Part shown: positions 8,816-18,232 of the stretch, piece after piece
How positions within the stretch are numbered: the stretch's first letter is position 1
Layout: every line of letters begins with the position of its first letter
Virus record (IMG/VR): IMGVR_UViG_2740892439_000006
Location: 1 to 53,794 of that record
From: a virus
Taxonomy: Duplodnaviria > Heunggongvirae > Uroviricota > Caudoviricetes
Strand: one strand, 5' to 3'
Length of the DNA stretch: 53,794 nucleotides
Notes under the pieces: generated by a model
The model's database searches: none
The model's input: the letters and a program-made list of their open reading frames with translations, nothing else
Told to the model about the DNA's origin: nothing
Position numbers and translations under genes: made by a program

Positions 8816-9811
8816 TCAGTTATTGAACGTGATCACTCCGCGCTCGATGGCGAAGTCAAAAAGCTGGTTAGCGGCTACGTAAAGGCGTATGCCATGTGCT
8901 TTTTCCCATGCCCGAACATCGTTTTCTGCGCTTCTGGCGCAGTCATCGCAAAGAGGAACAGCCCAGCGGTCGTGTTCGTTTAACGAGCGGGCGCGGTACA
9001 TGAACGGGTGGTTAACTTTGCCACCGCATCCGATGCACGGACGAGAAACCACAAACCGGAGATAAGCCGGGCTTTTACCGAGGACCGCTTTTGGTCGGCG
9101 CATATAAAGCAGGCCGGAATCCTCATCTACAGACAGGTTGACGATCTGCTCTGCGGTTATGTCCACCAGCTCGCGGGTACTGTGCTCCCAGGTGATATCT
9201 GATTCTTTCAGCGTACCGGTAGGGATTTCAGTTTTTGGCTGACAAAATGCAATGCGACCAGCTTCATCAGGCAGTTCGTCTTTAAGATTCCGGCGAATGG
9301 CCCAAAAGGTGAGTTCAACCATGCTCAGATCGCGATCTGGCGGAAGTTTTAACTCGCTGGCAGCCCAGTTCATAATCCAGTTGGCGCGATTCCGTGACAG
9401 TTGGTCTTCCAGCTTGCCGTATCCCTTCATCATGTATTCCGCATCATGCTTCCAGCACAGGCGAACGGCAGAACCGTTATAGAAATGGGTGGTTAGCTGG
9501 TGGCTGCAATCGCGCTTATCATGCGCCTGGCAATCGTGAATGTTGGTGCTAACCCAGTGAACGAGAGAATCCTCACCACCTAACGCGTTAAATACACGCT
9601 CACTTTGAAAAAAGGGTGCCAGTGACTGGTTGGCAACCAGTGAATAATTCAGGTCAACGACACCATCAGGGGTGTTTTCAGCCTGTTCACGCGGCAATGG
9701 GGATATAAGAAAACGGCGTCCTGCGCCGATGTAATTGCTGGTGGGCTTATCTACAGGAAAGACAGCCACACCAGTTTCATTTACGACATATGGGGTGATT
9801 ATTGCACTCAT
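8816..9811 (-). CDS. Cys-rich phage protein (DUF968/HNH-like C-terminus)
   Basis: 331 aa; C-terminal PCIGCGGK...HPFMY...PLCDDCAR motif. Confidence 0.45.
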   Translation of the reverse strand: MSAIITPYVVNETGVAVFPVDKPTSNYIGAGRRFLISPLPREQAENTPDGVVDLNYSLVANQSLAPFFQSERVFNALGGEDSLVHWVSTNIHDCQAHDKRDCSHQLTTHFYNGSAVRLCWKHDAEYMMKGYGKLEDQLSRNRANWIMNWAASELKLPPDRDLSMVELTFWAIRRNLKDELPDEAGRIAFCQPKTEIPTGTLKESDITWEHSTRELVDITAEQIVNLSVDEDSGLLYMRRPKAVLGKSPAYLRFVVSRPCIGCGGKVNHPFMYRARSLNEHDRWAVPLCDDCARSAENDVRAWEKAHGIRLYVAANQLFDFAIERGVITFNN

Positions 9812-9853
9812 AATGCATACCGACTCTGTTTTGTTCCGATCGGTAAAATAATA

Positions 9854-9883
9854 TGTTAGAAAACTAAAATCAATGTTCTAACG
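9854..9883. promoter_or_regulatory. palindromic operator-like site A (TGTTAGA-N16-TCTAACg)
   Basis: Inverted 7-mers with 16-bp spacer in promoter region of the leftward operon starting at 9811. Confidence 0.5.
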
Positions 9884-9909
9884 TGATTTTGAGTGCGTAA
9901 ATGATTTGA

Positions 9910-10602
9910 TCAGACTTTAAGCTGCCCTCCCTTCACCTGCATTAGCGTCAGATTTCCGCAAAAAACCGCGCCCGTGTCTATGTAGTGCTGATTCCAGTAT
10001 GCTTTTGGTCTTCGTACCGGTGTGTGCCCAAAGATAAAGCGATCTGCGCCTGTGATTTCTCCACCAATGCCATCTATCGAATCACCGACGCGACTGCGCG
10101 ACCAGACAACATCAAAAAGCGACACATCCTTACCGAACTGGTACTCTCCACCTGGATAGTCGGCATGGGCTATAACGATAGTTTCATGCCCGGTGTTCAA
10201 CTCAATGATATATGGCAGACGCTTTACCAGCTCCACCAGCGCCCAGGCTAATATTTCCTGATCAGTGTCCAGCATGAAGAACCATTGTCCGCCATTCATT
10301 AGCCAGTTATTCACGTTGCCATCAGGACTTAACGCATCAAGCATCAACCGCTCATGGTTCCCCATTACTGCCCTGAACCAGGGCATCTGCAATAGTTCCA
10401 GACATTCGACATTTTCAGTACCGCGATCGATAAGGTCGCCAACAGATATCAGTAAATCCTGCGCCGGGTCAAAATCCACACGATGGAGTTCGGACATCAG
10501 TCTGGTGTAGCAACCATGCAGATCACCAACAACCCATATGTTTCTGTAGCCAGAACCATCAATACGGCTATATAAATTCACTTCATGCATAGCCTGGATC
10601 AT
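9910..10602 (-). CDS. Ser/Thr protein phosphatase, lambda NinI type
   Basis: [30 protein letters not shown] motifs; start placed at MIQAMHEV directly after upstream stop. Confidence 0.85.
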   Translation of the reverse strand: MIQAMHEVNLYSRIDGSGYRNIWVVGDLHGCYTRLMSELHRVDFDPAQDLLISVGDLIDRGTENVECLELLQMPWFRAVMGNHERLMLDALSPDGNVNNWLMNGGQWFFMLDTDQEILAWALVELVKRLPYIIELNTGHETIVIAHADYPGGEYQFGKDVSLFDVVWSRSRVGDSIDGIGGEITGADRFIFGHTPVRRPKAYWNQHYIDTGAVFCGNLTLMQVKGGQLKV

Positions 10603-10910
10603 GCGGCAACCTTCTCCCGCAGCCAGATACAAACTGGACCATCTTCAGTGTCATGAATAGAGCCAACAAACCAGCCTTCACCCTCTGGTCGCTCCGGTTC
10701 CCAGGCGGCAATATCGGGACCAGCTGCGTCCAGATCAAAATCATCTTCATCCATACTGCGAATAGTCCACTGAAGATTATTTTCCTTCATCCAGGCGTCA
10801 AATTCCTCAGTGGAAATATATTCACGGCCTGCGCAAAACTTTTCATACTCCGGATGTGTCCAGCAGCCATATTCATCACGTTCTACCGGCATTTCTTTAA
10901 TTGTGCTCAC
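10599..10910 (-). CDS. hypothetical protein
   Basis: 103 aa ORF, stop/start overlap with neighbours. Confidence 0.4.
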   Translation of the reverse strand: MSTIKEMPVERDEYGCWTHPEYEKFCAGREYISTEEFDAWMKENNLQWTIRSMDEDDFDLDAAGPDIAAWEPERPEGEGWFVGSIHDTEDGPVCIWLREKVAA

Positions 10911-11131
10911 TCTTCATCCTCCAAGTCGGCAACGGCCTCCATCACATCAGAACCGCGAATAAACTCAAAAGCACGGCAAGCCATTTCAAACACCTGTTGT
11001 TCTTGCGGATGCGGTGACTCCCAATACTTAAAACCAGGTCGATGCTCGTAACCCATCATGGAATAAAAATCGCCAGCAAGTTCAATCGCGGCATCAACAA
11101 GTTCGCTATTTGTCATCGTCTGTTCTGTCAT
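10907..11131 (-). CDS. hypothetical protein
   Basis: 74 aa ORF, coupled. Confidence 0.4.
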   Translation of the reverse strand: MTEQTMTNSELVDAAIELAGDFYSMMGYEHRPGFKYWESPHPQEQQVFEMACRAFEFIRGSDVMEAVADLEDEE

Positions 11132-11403
11132 TTGGTTTTCTCCTGTCTGAACATCACTATCATCAGGTCGCCTTTTGTCGCTATCCTCGCTGTTGTGCCT
11201 GGTTCAATGCTGCCAAGTTCAAATGCGTCATAGAACGCTTCTAATGCCTTCTGGCGTAGTTCCTGTTTGCGCCGTTTTTTCCACTGTTTCAGGAAAATGG
11301 AACCCAGCCATCGCCATGTACGGGACATGATGTAAAGCCAACCGAGAAGTGCCAGACCAGAATTTAGGAGCGTATCGATCGTTATTGTCGTGTCGATATT
11401 CAC
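11128..11403 (-). CDS. hypothetical membrane protein
   Basis: 91 aa, hydrophobic N-terminal segment. Confidence 0.4.
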   Translation of the reverse strand: MNIDTTITIDTLLNSGLALLGWLYIMSRTWRWLGSIFLKQWKKRRKQELRQKALEAFYDAFELGSIEPGTTARIATKGDLMIVMFRQEKTK

Positions 11404-12095
11404 TTGCTGCTTCCTCTTCGAAGCTCATCGGCAAAGTCAGTTGCATGTTCACCGAGTAGTTTCCAGTTATCGCGTATATCAGATGCAAGCGACTGTTCGG
11501 ATTTTGAGTTACATTTCTGTGCAAACATCTCCAATCCCTGCGCCCGGACTTCAGCCAGGAAAGCATCAGTGGTTGGCGTTTCAGGTATCTGTCTCCTCAT
11601 CCGTTCTATTGCATGATTGAACCCGAAGTCTTCCGCGAGAGATACGTCATCCATATTGTCATTGTCATCCTCAATATCCCGTGATTCTGGAATTGCAGAC
11701 TTTATTCCCGCATTCTCCGCCGCCAGCGCCGCGCAATTACCCTCCAGCTCTGCAATGCGCTGTTTTGCGGCATCAAGTTCAATCGATAATTTTTCCAACT
11801 GCTCTTTATGCTTCTTGTATTCCTGATATGCGTGCCAAGACTGACCTTTGCGCACACTATCAGTAATATCAGTAATCTGTTCTGGTGTTAGCGTGGTCAG
11901 TGGCTGTGCTGGAAAAATCATCACTTGCCCGGCATCCCAATCAAAACCCACCTGAATTGACTGAACCTCAACTGATGGTGTTGAACCGATGCGACCAGGC
12001 GAATGAACAACGATCGTTACATCCATATCGCGACGATGGCTGTGGTTGTTGGACAAAATACGATTCACCAACTCAGAAAATTTGGAAAATTTCAT
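11400..12095 (-). CDS. hypothetical protein with central coiled coil
   Basis: 231 aa from MKFSKFSEL; start follows upstream stop. Confidence 0.4.
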   Translation of the reverse strand: MKFSKFSELVNRILSNNHSHRRDMDVTIVVHSPGRIGSTPSVEVQSIQVGFDWDAGQVMIFPAQPLTTLTPEQITDITDSVRKGQSWHAYQEYKKHKEQLEKLSIELDAAKQRIAELEGNCAALAAENAGIKSAIPESRDIEDDNDNMDDVSLAEDFGFNHAIERMRRQIPETPTTDAFLAEVRAQGLEMFAQKCNSKSEQSLASDIRDNWKLLGEHATDFADELRRGSSK

Positions 12096-12454
12096 GCTGA
12101 TTCCCTTTGCTCTTCCTGGATAATGTTGTTGCAATCTTTCACGCACTCGTTGCAGATGAAAACGTTGTCCCCGGCAATTAACTTTTTAACGGTGTGCTGG
12201 GATTTGTTGCAGAAGCTGCAATAAAGCGTTGGACTGACTGATACGGATGGTGCGCCAGATGTCAGCCGCGCGATGTCGTTCTTGCGACGCAATATCACAC
12301 GGCTGCACTCGACCAGTATCTCCGGGGATATCTTCTCCTCCGTAGCGAGCGTTTCTAATCGTTCGAGTATGTGGAAGGCTTTTTCCTGGGTAATCCTGGG
12401 TAATTCAGCGTTACGCTCTGCCAGTTGTGCGGGCGTTAAACCTTCAGACTTCAT
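12092..12454 (-). CDS. protein with C-terminal ClpX-type zinc-binding domain
   Basis: [39 protein letters not shown] matches the ClpX N-terminal ZBD; no AAA+ module. Confidence 0.55.
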   Translation of the reverse strand: MKSEGLTPAQLAERNAELPRITQEKAFHILERLETLATEEKISPEILVECSRVILRRKNDIARLTSGAPSVSVSPTLYCSFCNKSQHTVKKLIAGDNVFICNECVKDCNNIIQEEQRESA

Positions 12455-12761
12455 ACACTCTCCTTTCGAAATAAACGTACTGATTAATCATGCTCAGGGG
12501 CATTTCGAGTTTTTCCGCGATCTCACGGCGGGGAACACCACACTGATGAAGCTGCCGTGCCAGTTCTATATCGCTCTGCCGGTATTTGGCTGACGGATGA
12601 AAGTCTCCTTTCAGAATCATGCTGATCCCCAACTCCCGCGCTTTAGTCCTGACGGCATCACCGGTACGACCGATCAGCTTCCCAATACTCTCGACCGTCA
12701 TAGTTCCGGCGCACTGGCGGAGTATCATGATTTCTGCCCTTCCCCATCCCCGCCAGCTCAC
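12444..12761 (-). CDS. hypothetical HTH-like protein
   Basis: 105 aa ORF. Confidence 0.4.
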   Translation of the reverse strand: MSWRGWGRAEIMILRQCAGTMTVESIGKLIGRTGDAVRTKARELGISMILKGDFHPSAKYRQSDIELARQLHQCGVPRREIAEKLEMPLSMINQYVYFERRVYEV

Positions 12762-13369
12762 GCAGAACTCCTTCTAACCAAAAGAACGCCATCTTCAGAA
12801 ACAACGTTGCAGGACTTCAGGTAATTCATTGCCTCTTTCGGTAATGGATTCTTTGGATCGGCGTTTGCCAGGGATTTCGATAACCTCATGATAAATTTGA
12901 TCATTACCTTCTGGCGGAGCTTGTGCTCATGAGATAAAGAAAGGTAATAGGAAATGGTATGGGCTAAACGCTCACGAAGCTGTTCTGTGCCGTGATATAC
13001 AGCAGCGATATCACGCAGTGCATTGACCAGTTCCCGGTAAATATGCGGAGCAACCTGGCATTCAATGTTGGTTGGTGACTCATAAATTACAGTCAGCCCC
13101 AGCTTTTCAGCCAGCGCGTGCTCTGCACGAGCACCAACCGAATCTTCCCATCGATTGAGCAAATAGATCGCATCAGCAGAACGCACCATTGCCAGGCAAA
13201 TATCCATGTATTCACTCTGACAAAGGCCACCAGGTAACACAGCTGGATTCAGAACGATATGCCCTTCAGCCATCAACTCGCTCGCTTTCGCATTAAACGC
13301 CGCACGGTTGTAATCTGGATAACCAGTCATCGGCCCCGCGATGTAAATTTTCAAAACACGTTTCACCAT
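12758..13369 (-). CDS. DUF4406-like (nucleoside 2-deoxyribosyltransferase-like) domain protein
   Basis: N-terminal KIYIAGPMTGYPDYN motif; start at MVKRV coupled to upstream small ORF (TGATG). Confidence 0.45.
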   Translation of the reverse strand: MVKRVLKIYIAGPMTGYPDYNRAAFNAKASELMAEGHIVLNPAVLPGGLCQSEYMDICLAMVRSADAIYLLNRWEDSVGARAEHALAEKLGLTVIYESPTNIECQVAPHIYRELVNALRDIAAVYHGTEQLRERLAHTISYYLSLSHEHKLRQKVMIKFIMRLSKSLANADPKNPLPKEAMNYLKSCNVVSEDGVLLVRRSSA

Positions 13370-13524
13370 CAAAATTTCCCCAGAATCGTGACGCAAAACA
13401 TAAGCACTGCGAAAAGCTCAATACCAAGCTCAAGTAGCGCCAACGCCCCGAAAAACAACACATAGAACAGGCCAATCTCATTCACAGATGGCTGGTGGAT
13501 CGCACTTAAAGCTATAAGCATCAT
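13369..13524 (-). CDS. small membrane protein, first gene of leftward operon
   Basis: 51 aa hydrophobic; RBS tggaggac-ATG. Confidence 0.5.
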   Translation of the reverse strand: MMLIALSAIHQPSVNEIGLFYVLFFGALALLELGIELFAVLMFCVTILGKF

Positions 13525-13563
13525 GTCCTCCAAACATTTATCAGTGATGATATTAATGTTTTA

Positions 13564-13593
13564 TGTTAGAAAATCAATTTTGAATATCTAACT
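13564..13593. promoter_or_regulatory. palindromic operator-like site B (TGTTAGA-N16-TCTAACt)
   Basis: In the divergent promoter region between the leftward operon and ref. Confidence 0.5.
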
Positions 13594-13641
13594 GTTTTGA
13601 TCAATCATAGAAAAATCGTTGAAAAGTAAGAGACTGCCATC

Positions 13642-14220
13642 ATGCAGAAACAGAGTTATTGGGAGAAACAGAGACAAAAAGCCATGCAAAAATTGGCTGA
13701 CCCGGCCTGGCGAGAGGAACAAAGGGCAAAGCGCCTTCAACAAGCTCAACGCCAGCAGCAGCGAGCGAGAGAAAAAGCCGCATCGCCTGAATATCGGCAA
13801 AAGAAAATTGAAAAAGCAAAGCAATATGAACAGCGGAGAAAAGATAAAGCTGTATCCGCTCCGCCCAAAAAAACACGCACGTCACGCGGCCTGAAAGGCA
13901 GATCACTCACAGCCGATGAACGCCGGATACAGACCGCTATCGGTACTCTCCCCTGCATTGCCTGCCATATTCACGGGCAACATAGCCCAGTGGTATCCCT
14001 GCACCATATCTTCGGGAGAACGGCAGAGAACGCGCATAAATATGTCCTCCCTTTGTGTAAATGGCACCACCAATACGCAGCGCCAGCCGAGGTCCGAGAA
14101 CAATATCCCTGGCTGGTCCCTGTTCATGCTGACGGAAAAATAGGCGGAAAAGCAGATTTCATGCGGCACAATGCCGATGAAATGACGTTGTATCAGATGG
14201 CGATTGAATTGATAAATTAG
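13642..14220 (+). CDS. ref: Ref-like HNH endonuclease
   Basis: LADPAWRE, SRGLKGR, LPCIACHIHG, SLHHI, LPLCKWHHQ, APAEVREQYPWLVPVHADG match P1 Ref as recalled. Confidence 0.8.
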   Translation: MQKQSYWEKQRQKAMQKLADPAWREEQRAKRLQQAQRQQQRAREKAASPEYRQKKIEKAKQYEQRRKDKAVSAPPKKTRTSRGLKGRSLTADERRIQTAIGTLPCIACHIHGQHSPVVSLHHIFGRTAENAHKYVLPLCKWHHQYAAPAEVREQYPWLVPVHADGKIGGKADFMRHNADEMTLYQMAIELIN

Positions 14221-14233
14221 TTTTCTAACATTT
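14211..14233. promoter_or_regulatory. operator-like half-site C
   Basis: Reverse complement reads aaaaTGTTAGAAAACTAAtt, same core as sites A and E; no matching second half. Confidence 0.3.
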
Positions 14234-14551
14234 TAAGTTGAATTGTAAATTTCTCCGATGTACATTCACTACCGATTGGCACACCGGTCAACTTTTTGAG
14301 ACAAACTGTTTAGTTTTTCGTATTATTGCCGCCGCTATACCTATGGCGGTGCAATATAGGTGGCTGAAAAGCCCCCGTTGACTCACGGTGTTCCAGCCTT
14401 TATTGCGCCGCCACCAGACCGTGGAACAGTCGATGGCGGCTCCGAAAGCAAGGAGTCACTACACTATGAACAGCTACTGTCTTTTCCCATCACTCGTTGT
14501 CCGCCACTCACGCGATAATCTGCATTCTTTACTCGCGCAGGGGGTGTCAAA

Positions 14552-14719
14552 ATGACCGTTCGCTACCTCAACTTTCAAATCCAGAACATCACTGGCGGTT
14601 GCTATGACTGGTTTGTCACTCTCGGAAAAGAAGTGATCACCGGGAAGCTGGATGAAGTGAAAGCTAAAGCAATGGCCTACGCCTGCAAGCAAGCCCGGAA
14701 GAAATCCGCCAAAGCATAA
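14552..14719 (+). CDS. small hypothetical protein
   Basis: 55 aa; RBS aggggg upstream; preferred over antisense track ORFs on composition only. Confidence 0.3.
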   Translation: MTVRYLNFQIQNITGGCYDWFVTLGKEVITGKLDEVKAKAMAYACKQARKKSAKA

Positions 14720-14821
14720 AATACTGACTGTTGCGCCCTGGCATTATCGTGGGGTATATTTCTACGGCACCTTAGAAAAACGGGTGCCGGGATTGAGACC
14801 CCGGATAATGCAAAAGGCGAC

Positions 14822-14848
14822 ACAGACGCCGAAAGCGTCTTTTTTTGT
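14822..14848 (+). terminator. rho-independent terminator
   Basis: stem agacgc/gcgtct, loop cgaaa, followed by T7. Confidence 0.6.
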
Positions 14849-14895
14849 GTCATGCCATCGCACAGCCATACGTAGCGTATAGCTCCAAGATCAAT

Positions 14896-14971
14896 GGTAG
14901 TGCTGGCTGGGCTGCCGAAAGGCAGGCCGGTTCCCTTTTGCGCCGGTAGTCTCAACCCAGCCAGTGCTACC
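14896..14971 (+). ncRNA. candidate structured RNA (c4-like antisense RNA position)
   Basis: 16-bp stem ggtagtgctggctggg/cccagccagtgctacc enclosing hairpin ctgcc-gaaa-ggcag, about 60 bp upstream of small ORF plus antirepressor. Confidence 0.3.
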
Positions 14972-15031
14972 GCCATTGAGATTGAGACCTCACGCGGTAG
15001 CTCCTTAAATTAGCAAAAGGAGGCTGCCAAT

Positions 15032-15247
15032 ATGGCTACTATCCCTACCCCAACTCATTCTGAATTTATCTGGCGTTTCTATTCCTGCCAAAAGCACCTG
15101 TATATCTGCGTCATGGCTGCTACCGAATCAGAGGCGCGCTCATACCTTCCCGAAGAACCCTGCATTTTTGCTGCTCGCTTCACTCTTGATGCGATGGAGA
15201 TCCTCAATTACTGGAATCTGCCGATGAACTGCGTGGAGGTGCACTGA
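15032..15247 (+). CDS. small protein in Icd-like position
   Basis: 71 aa; RBS aaaggagg; stop overlaps ATG of antirepressor-like gene. Confidence 0.45.
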   Translation: MATIPTPTHSEFIWRFYSCQKHLYICVMAATESEARSYLPEEPCIFAARFTLDAMEILNYWNLPMNCVEVH

Positions 15248-16173
15248 TGAATCTGTCCATCTCTCAAAAAGCGACAATGACAAGTATTGAGATCGCGGAG
15301 CTGGTGGGTAAGCGTCCTGACAACGTTAAACGCACCATTGAACACCTAGCGGAACGGGGCGTAATAACTTTTCCTCAAATTGAGGAAAAGCCCACCGCAG
15401 GCCGCCCGGCGAGCTATTACGTCTTCGAAGGCGAACAAGGCAAGCGCGATAGTATTATCGTCGTCGCGCAGCTCTCTCCCGAATTCACCGCCCGGCTGGT
15501 GGACCGCTGGCGCGAACTGGAGAGTGCCAAAGTACAGTTAAAATCAAAAGCCGAAATCCTAGCTGAAATGGCGCAAATGCATCTTGAGCATGAACGCCGG
15601 ATCAACGCCGTAAATGCCCAGGTAGCCGAGGTATCAGCACAAGTATCGATGGTCGCTGAAACACTCGAGCAAATAAAGAAAGGCAATATTCCGGAAGGCT
15701 ACATTGGCTACCGCCAGCTGGCGGCGAAATGTGGCCTGACTGAAGCCAAATGCCGAAACCTGGTCAACGCTTACCGGATTCCCACCGATACGCATGAGTT
15801 TTTAACTCCCGATGGTTTGCTTGCGCGACGCTCCATTGTGGCCCTGGCCCCCTTCCGGAAAGCCTTTAAGCAGGTGATGTCGGAGGCAGAACCACGCAAT
15901 AAACGCTGGTATCATCCAAAGATGGGGATGTTTCAGGCAATCCACCATCCTGTGCCTGAAAGTCCAAAGGCAAACCTGTCGTTGCATACCGCCAGAGAGA
16001 GGATTAAAACAGGCTATGCAATCGTATGCCGTCGAGCATCCTGGCCTGAAGGTGTATGGGTGTGGCCCGAAGGTGGATCACGAAAGCACTGGCGCACTAT
16101 CCGGGATGGGAAAATCCATGCGATTGATTTAGCTCCAGAGGATGTTGTTGCTACGGACTGGATTGTTAGTTAA
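15247..16173 (+). CDS. Rha-family antirepressor-like protein with DUF2829-like C-terminus
   Basis: N-terminal SIEIAELVGKRPDNVKRTIEHL (Rha-like); C-terminal YAIVCRRASW...DLAPEDVVATDWIV resembles the DUF2829 region of ORF 972..1649. Confidence 0.55.
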   Translation: MNLSISQKATMTSIEIAELVGKRPDNVKRTIEHLAERGVITFPQIEEKPTAGRPASYYVFEGEQGKRDSIIVVAQLSPEFTARLVDRWRELESAKVQLKSKAEILAEMAQMHLEHERRINAVNAQVAEVSAQVSMVAETLEQIKKGNIPEGYIGYRQLAAKCGLTEAKCRNLVNAYRIPTDTHEFLTPDGLLARRSIVALAPFRKAFKQVMSEAEPRNKRWYHPKMGMFQAIHHPVPESPKANLSLHTARERIKTGYAIVCRRASWPEGVWVWPEGGSRKHWRTIRDGKIHAIDLAPEDVVATDWIVS

Positions 16174-16181
16174 TTACTGTT

Positions 16182-16206
16182 GCCCCGGCCTGTCCGGGGC
16201 TTTAAC
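16182..16206 (+). terminator. weak terminator-like hairpin
   Basis: gccccgg/ccggggc stem followed by ttt. Confidence 0.35.
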
Positions 16207-16232
16207 TACTAAATAACCGGATTCTCCGCACG

Positions 16233-16517
16233 ATGAAGAAAATAGATTTCACTTACTCTGCTGCCACAATCCAGCGACGTTTCAGTCTCATAAGGGAAGT
16301 GGAACTATCAAAAAACTACTATCAAATTCTACTGGATGAAGAGTTTTCACTGATGGTTATAGCAGAAAAATTGGCTATGCCGAATGACCGGCACAAGGTC
16401 ATAGCCAGCCTGGATCTGGTGACAAACAGATACTGGGAATACGAGGAACTACTTGAAGTTGGCTTGATACGCGAGATGATAGAACAGGCTGTTCCCCTCC
16501 ACTTACAGCAACCATAA
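16233..16517 (+). CDS. hypothetical protein
   Basis: 94 aa ORF at start of AT-rich island. Confidence 0.4.
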   Translation: MKKIDFTYSAATIQRRFSLIREVELSKNYYQILLDEEFSLMVIAEKLAMPNDRHKVIASLDLVTNRYWEYEELLEVGLIREMIEQAVPLHLQQP

Positions 16518-16653
16518 TTGAAAGATCTTAACGATAGTCTGCCACGAATAGTTACTTCCACTGCCTAAAGTTATTTAATTGCATTACAAAGTGTAAATTA
16601 GTAACATTAGAATCTCACACAGCACTATAACTATATGTTTTTTATGTAAAAGG

Positions 16654-17013
16654 ATGATAATCGTGGCTACTAAAATTAAACTTGAAAACCCTCAAACTGG
16701 CGAATCAATCACCGGTTTTTATGGTTTTTCCTGGACTACATTCTTGTTTGGTGCTTTTCCAGCTTTGTTCAGGAAAGACTTTATAACTTTTATTGGGGTA
16801 TTTGTAGTTATGCTGATACTGGCATTCCTCACAGCCGGAATTGGCCCGTGGATTGCCTCATTTATCTGGGCGTTCATGTATAATAAATATTTCACCGTAA
16901 ATAAGATAAAACAAGGCTTCATTTTTGCTGGTTCTCACACAGAAAATGAGTTGGCTGCTAGCAAGCTAGGATTGTCATTAAATCAAAACAACTGCAAAAC
17001 TATTACCGAGTAA
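16654..17013 (+). CDS. hypothetical inner-membrane protein
   Basis: 119 aa with two hydrophobic segments. Confidence 0.4.
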   Translation: MIIVATKIKLENPQTGESITGFYGFSWTTFLFGAFPALFRKDFITFIGVFVVMLILAFLTAGIGPWIASFIWAFMYNKYFTVNKIKQGFIFAGSHTENELAASKLGLSLNQNNCKTITE

Positions 17014-17052
17014 AACCAAAAAGCAGGCTTAATAGTAAGCCTGCTATGTCAA

Positions 17053-17886
17053 TCACGAATCTCTCTGACAATTCAGAAACATAAACGCCCGCTTGTCTGT
17101 TAAATCCGTAACATAATACTCTCTCATGCCTGTAGGTTTTATTCTACGAGCATATACAAACTTATGAACTGGTTGTTTTTCCCCATAACTTACATCAGTC
17201 CTAAATTCATCAACCACGCTACCATCTTTTTCAGTTTCCTTTCTCACTAGCTGATTTTCTAATACAGGCTTTGATTCGTCCATGCCACTAAAAGCATCCT
17301 GACCTGTGCTGTTGCCTCGGTTTCCGCGTGGCAAATCCCATGAAAAATAAGTGCCATAGTCAGTAATCACACGATCCCATGTTCCGGAATCCCCCATATA
17401 GTTAGAACGCTCCCCCTTGTAAGTTACAGCCACCTTACAGGCATACGTTTCACCATTATTTTTTTTATCATGTCCAGCCATGCTTGCAGGAGTTGCAGGG
17501 GAATTATGAATAGATGCGCTTACATCATCTTGCGTTAATTCCTCAACTGGAGCAAATTCATATATGGGTGTGCCGAGGCTATTTAAATATAACTTATATC
17601 TAACCCTAAGCGCACTTCCATCTGAGAATTCATACGTTCCCAGGCATTGGAGCTTATTGTTTTCTCTTATCTCATTGATCTGATTATAAGCATCAATTAC
17701 AGAGATTGCTTCCTGCTCGTCCTTCAGCAGTTCATTATAATCATCGATTAACATCTGCCTAGTTTTAGGGGAATTGCAGTCAATTTTGCTAAAATCATAA
17801 GCAAAGGTGAGTGTGGGAACAAAAAGAGCAACAACAGTAGCTAGTATTGTTGAGGAAAATCTTTTTCCATTTTTTATAAAAAACAT
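17053..17886 (-). CDS. putative secreted protein (moron)
   Basis: Start at MFFIKNGKRFSSTILATVVALFVPTLTFA (signal-peptide-like) with RBS ggag; AT-rich. Confidence 0.45.
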   Translation of the reverse strand: MFFIKNGKRFSSTILATVVALFVPTLTFAYDFSKIDCNSPKTRQMLIDDYNELLKDEQEAISVIDAYNQINEIRENNKLQCLGTYEFSDGSALRVRYKLYLNSLGTPIYEFAPVEELTQDDVSASIHNSPATPASMAGHDKKNNGETYACKVAVTYKGERSNYMGDSGTWDRVITDYGTYFSWDLPRGNRGNSTGQDAFSGMDESKPVLENQLVRKETEKDGSVVDEFRTDVSYGEKQPVHKFVYARRIKPTGMREYYVTDLTDKRAFMFLNCQRDS

Positions 17887-18175
17887 TTCATTAACTCCAT
17901 ACCTTACCATCTTAGCCGCGAGCGCGGTCCCTAAAACCATTAACTTCACTGCACCGTCCTTCATGCAATCAAAATGACTTTTATGTTATAAAAATAATCA
18001 GCCAAATCAACATGATTTAGGCCAAATTTCTGTCAATAAATAAAATCCACAAAAAGTGGTTGACACTATTTTGGAAATCACAAACTGCACATAATCCATC
18101 GCGCTAACGGCTCCCGTTGAAGGTTCTTTTGACGATTAACTTTCAGCCGAAGCGCGGTAGGGAGTCATAACGCCA

Positions 18176-18206
18176 AAGCAGGCCGCCATGTGCGGCCTTT
18201 TTTTTG
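18176..18206 (+). terminator. rho-independent terminator
   Basis: stem ggccgc/gcggcc followed by T8. Confidence 0.6.
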
Positions 18207-18232
18207 TATCCGTCATCCGTGGAGGAAGGACA

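Noticed and set aside
17981-18013. Additional operator-like site atgttataaaaat
   Set aside because: Left half has a G to T change (TGTTATA) and there is no recognisable right half at N16
18050-18206. Small RNA gene ending at the 18176-18206 terminator
   Set aside because: A TTGACA hexamer is present at about 18059 but no -10 element at proper spacing; the terminator alone is not evidence for an sRNA
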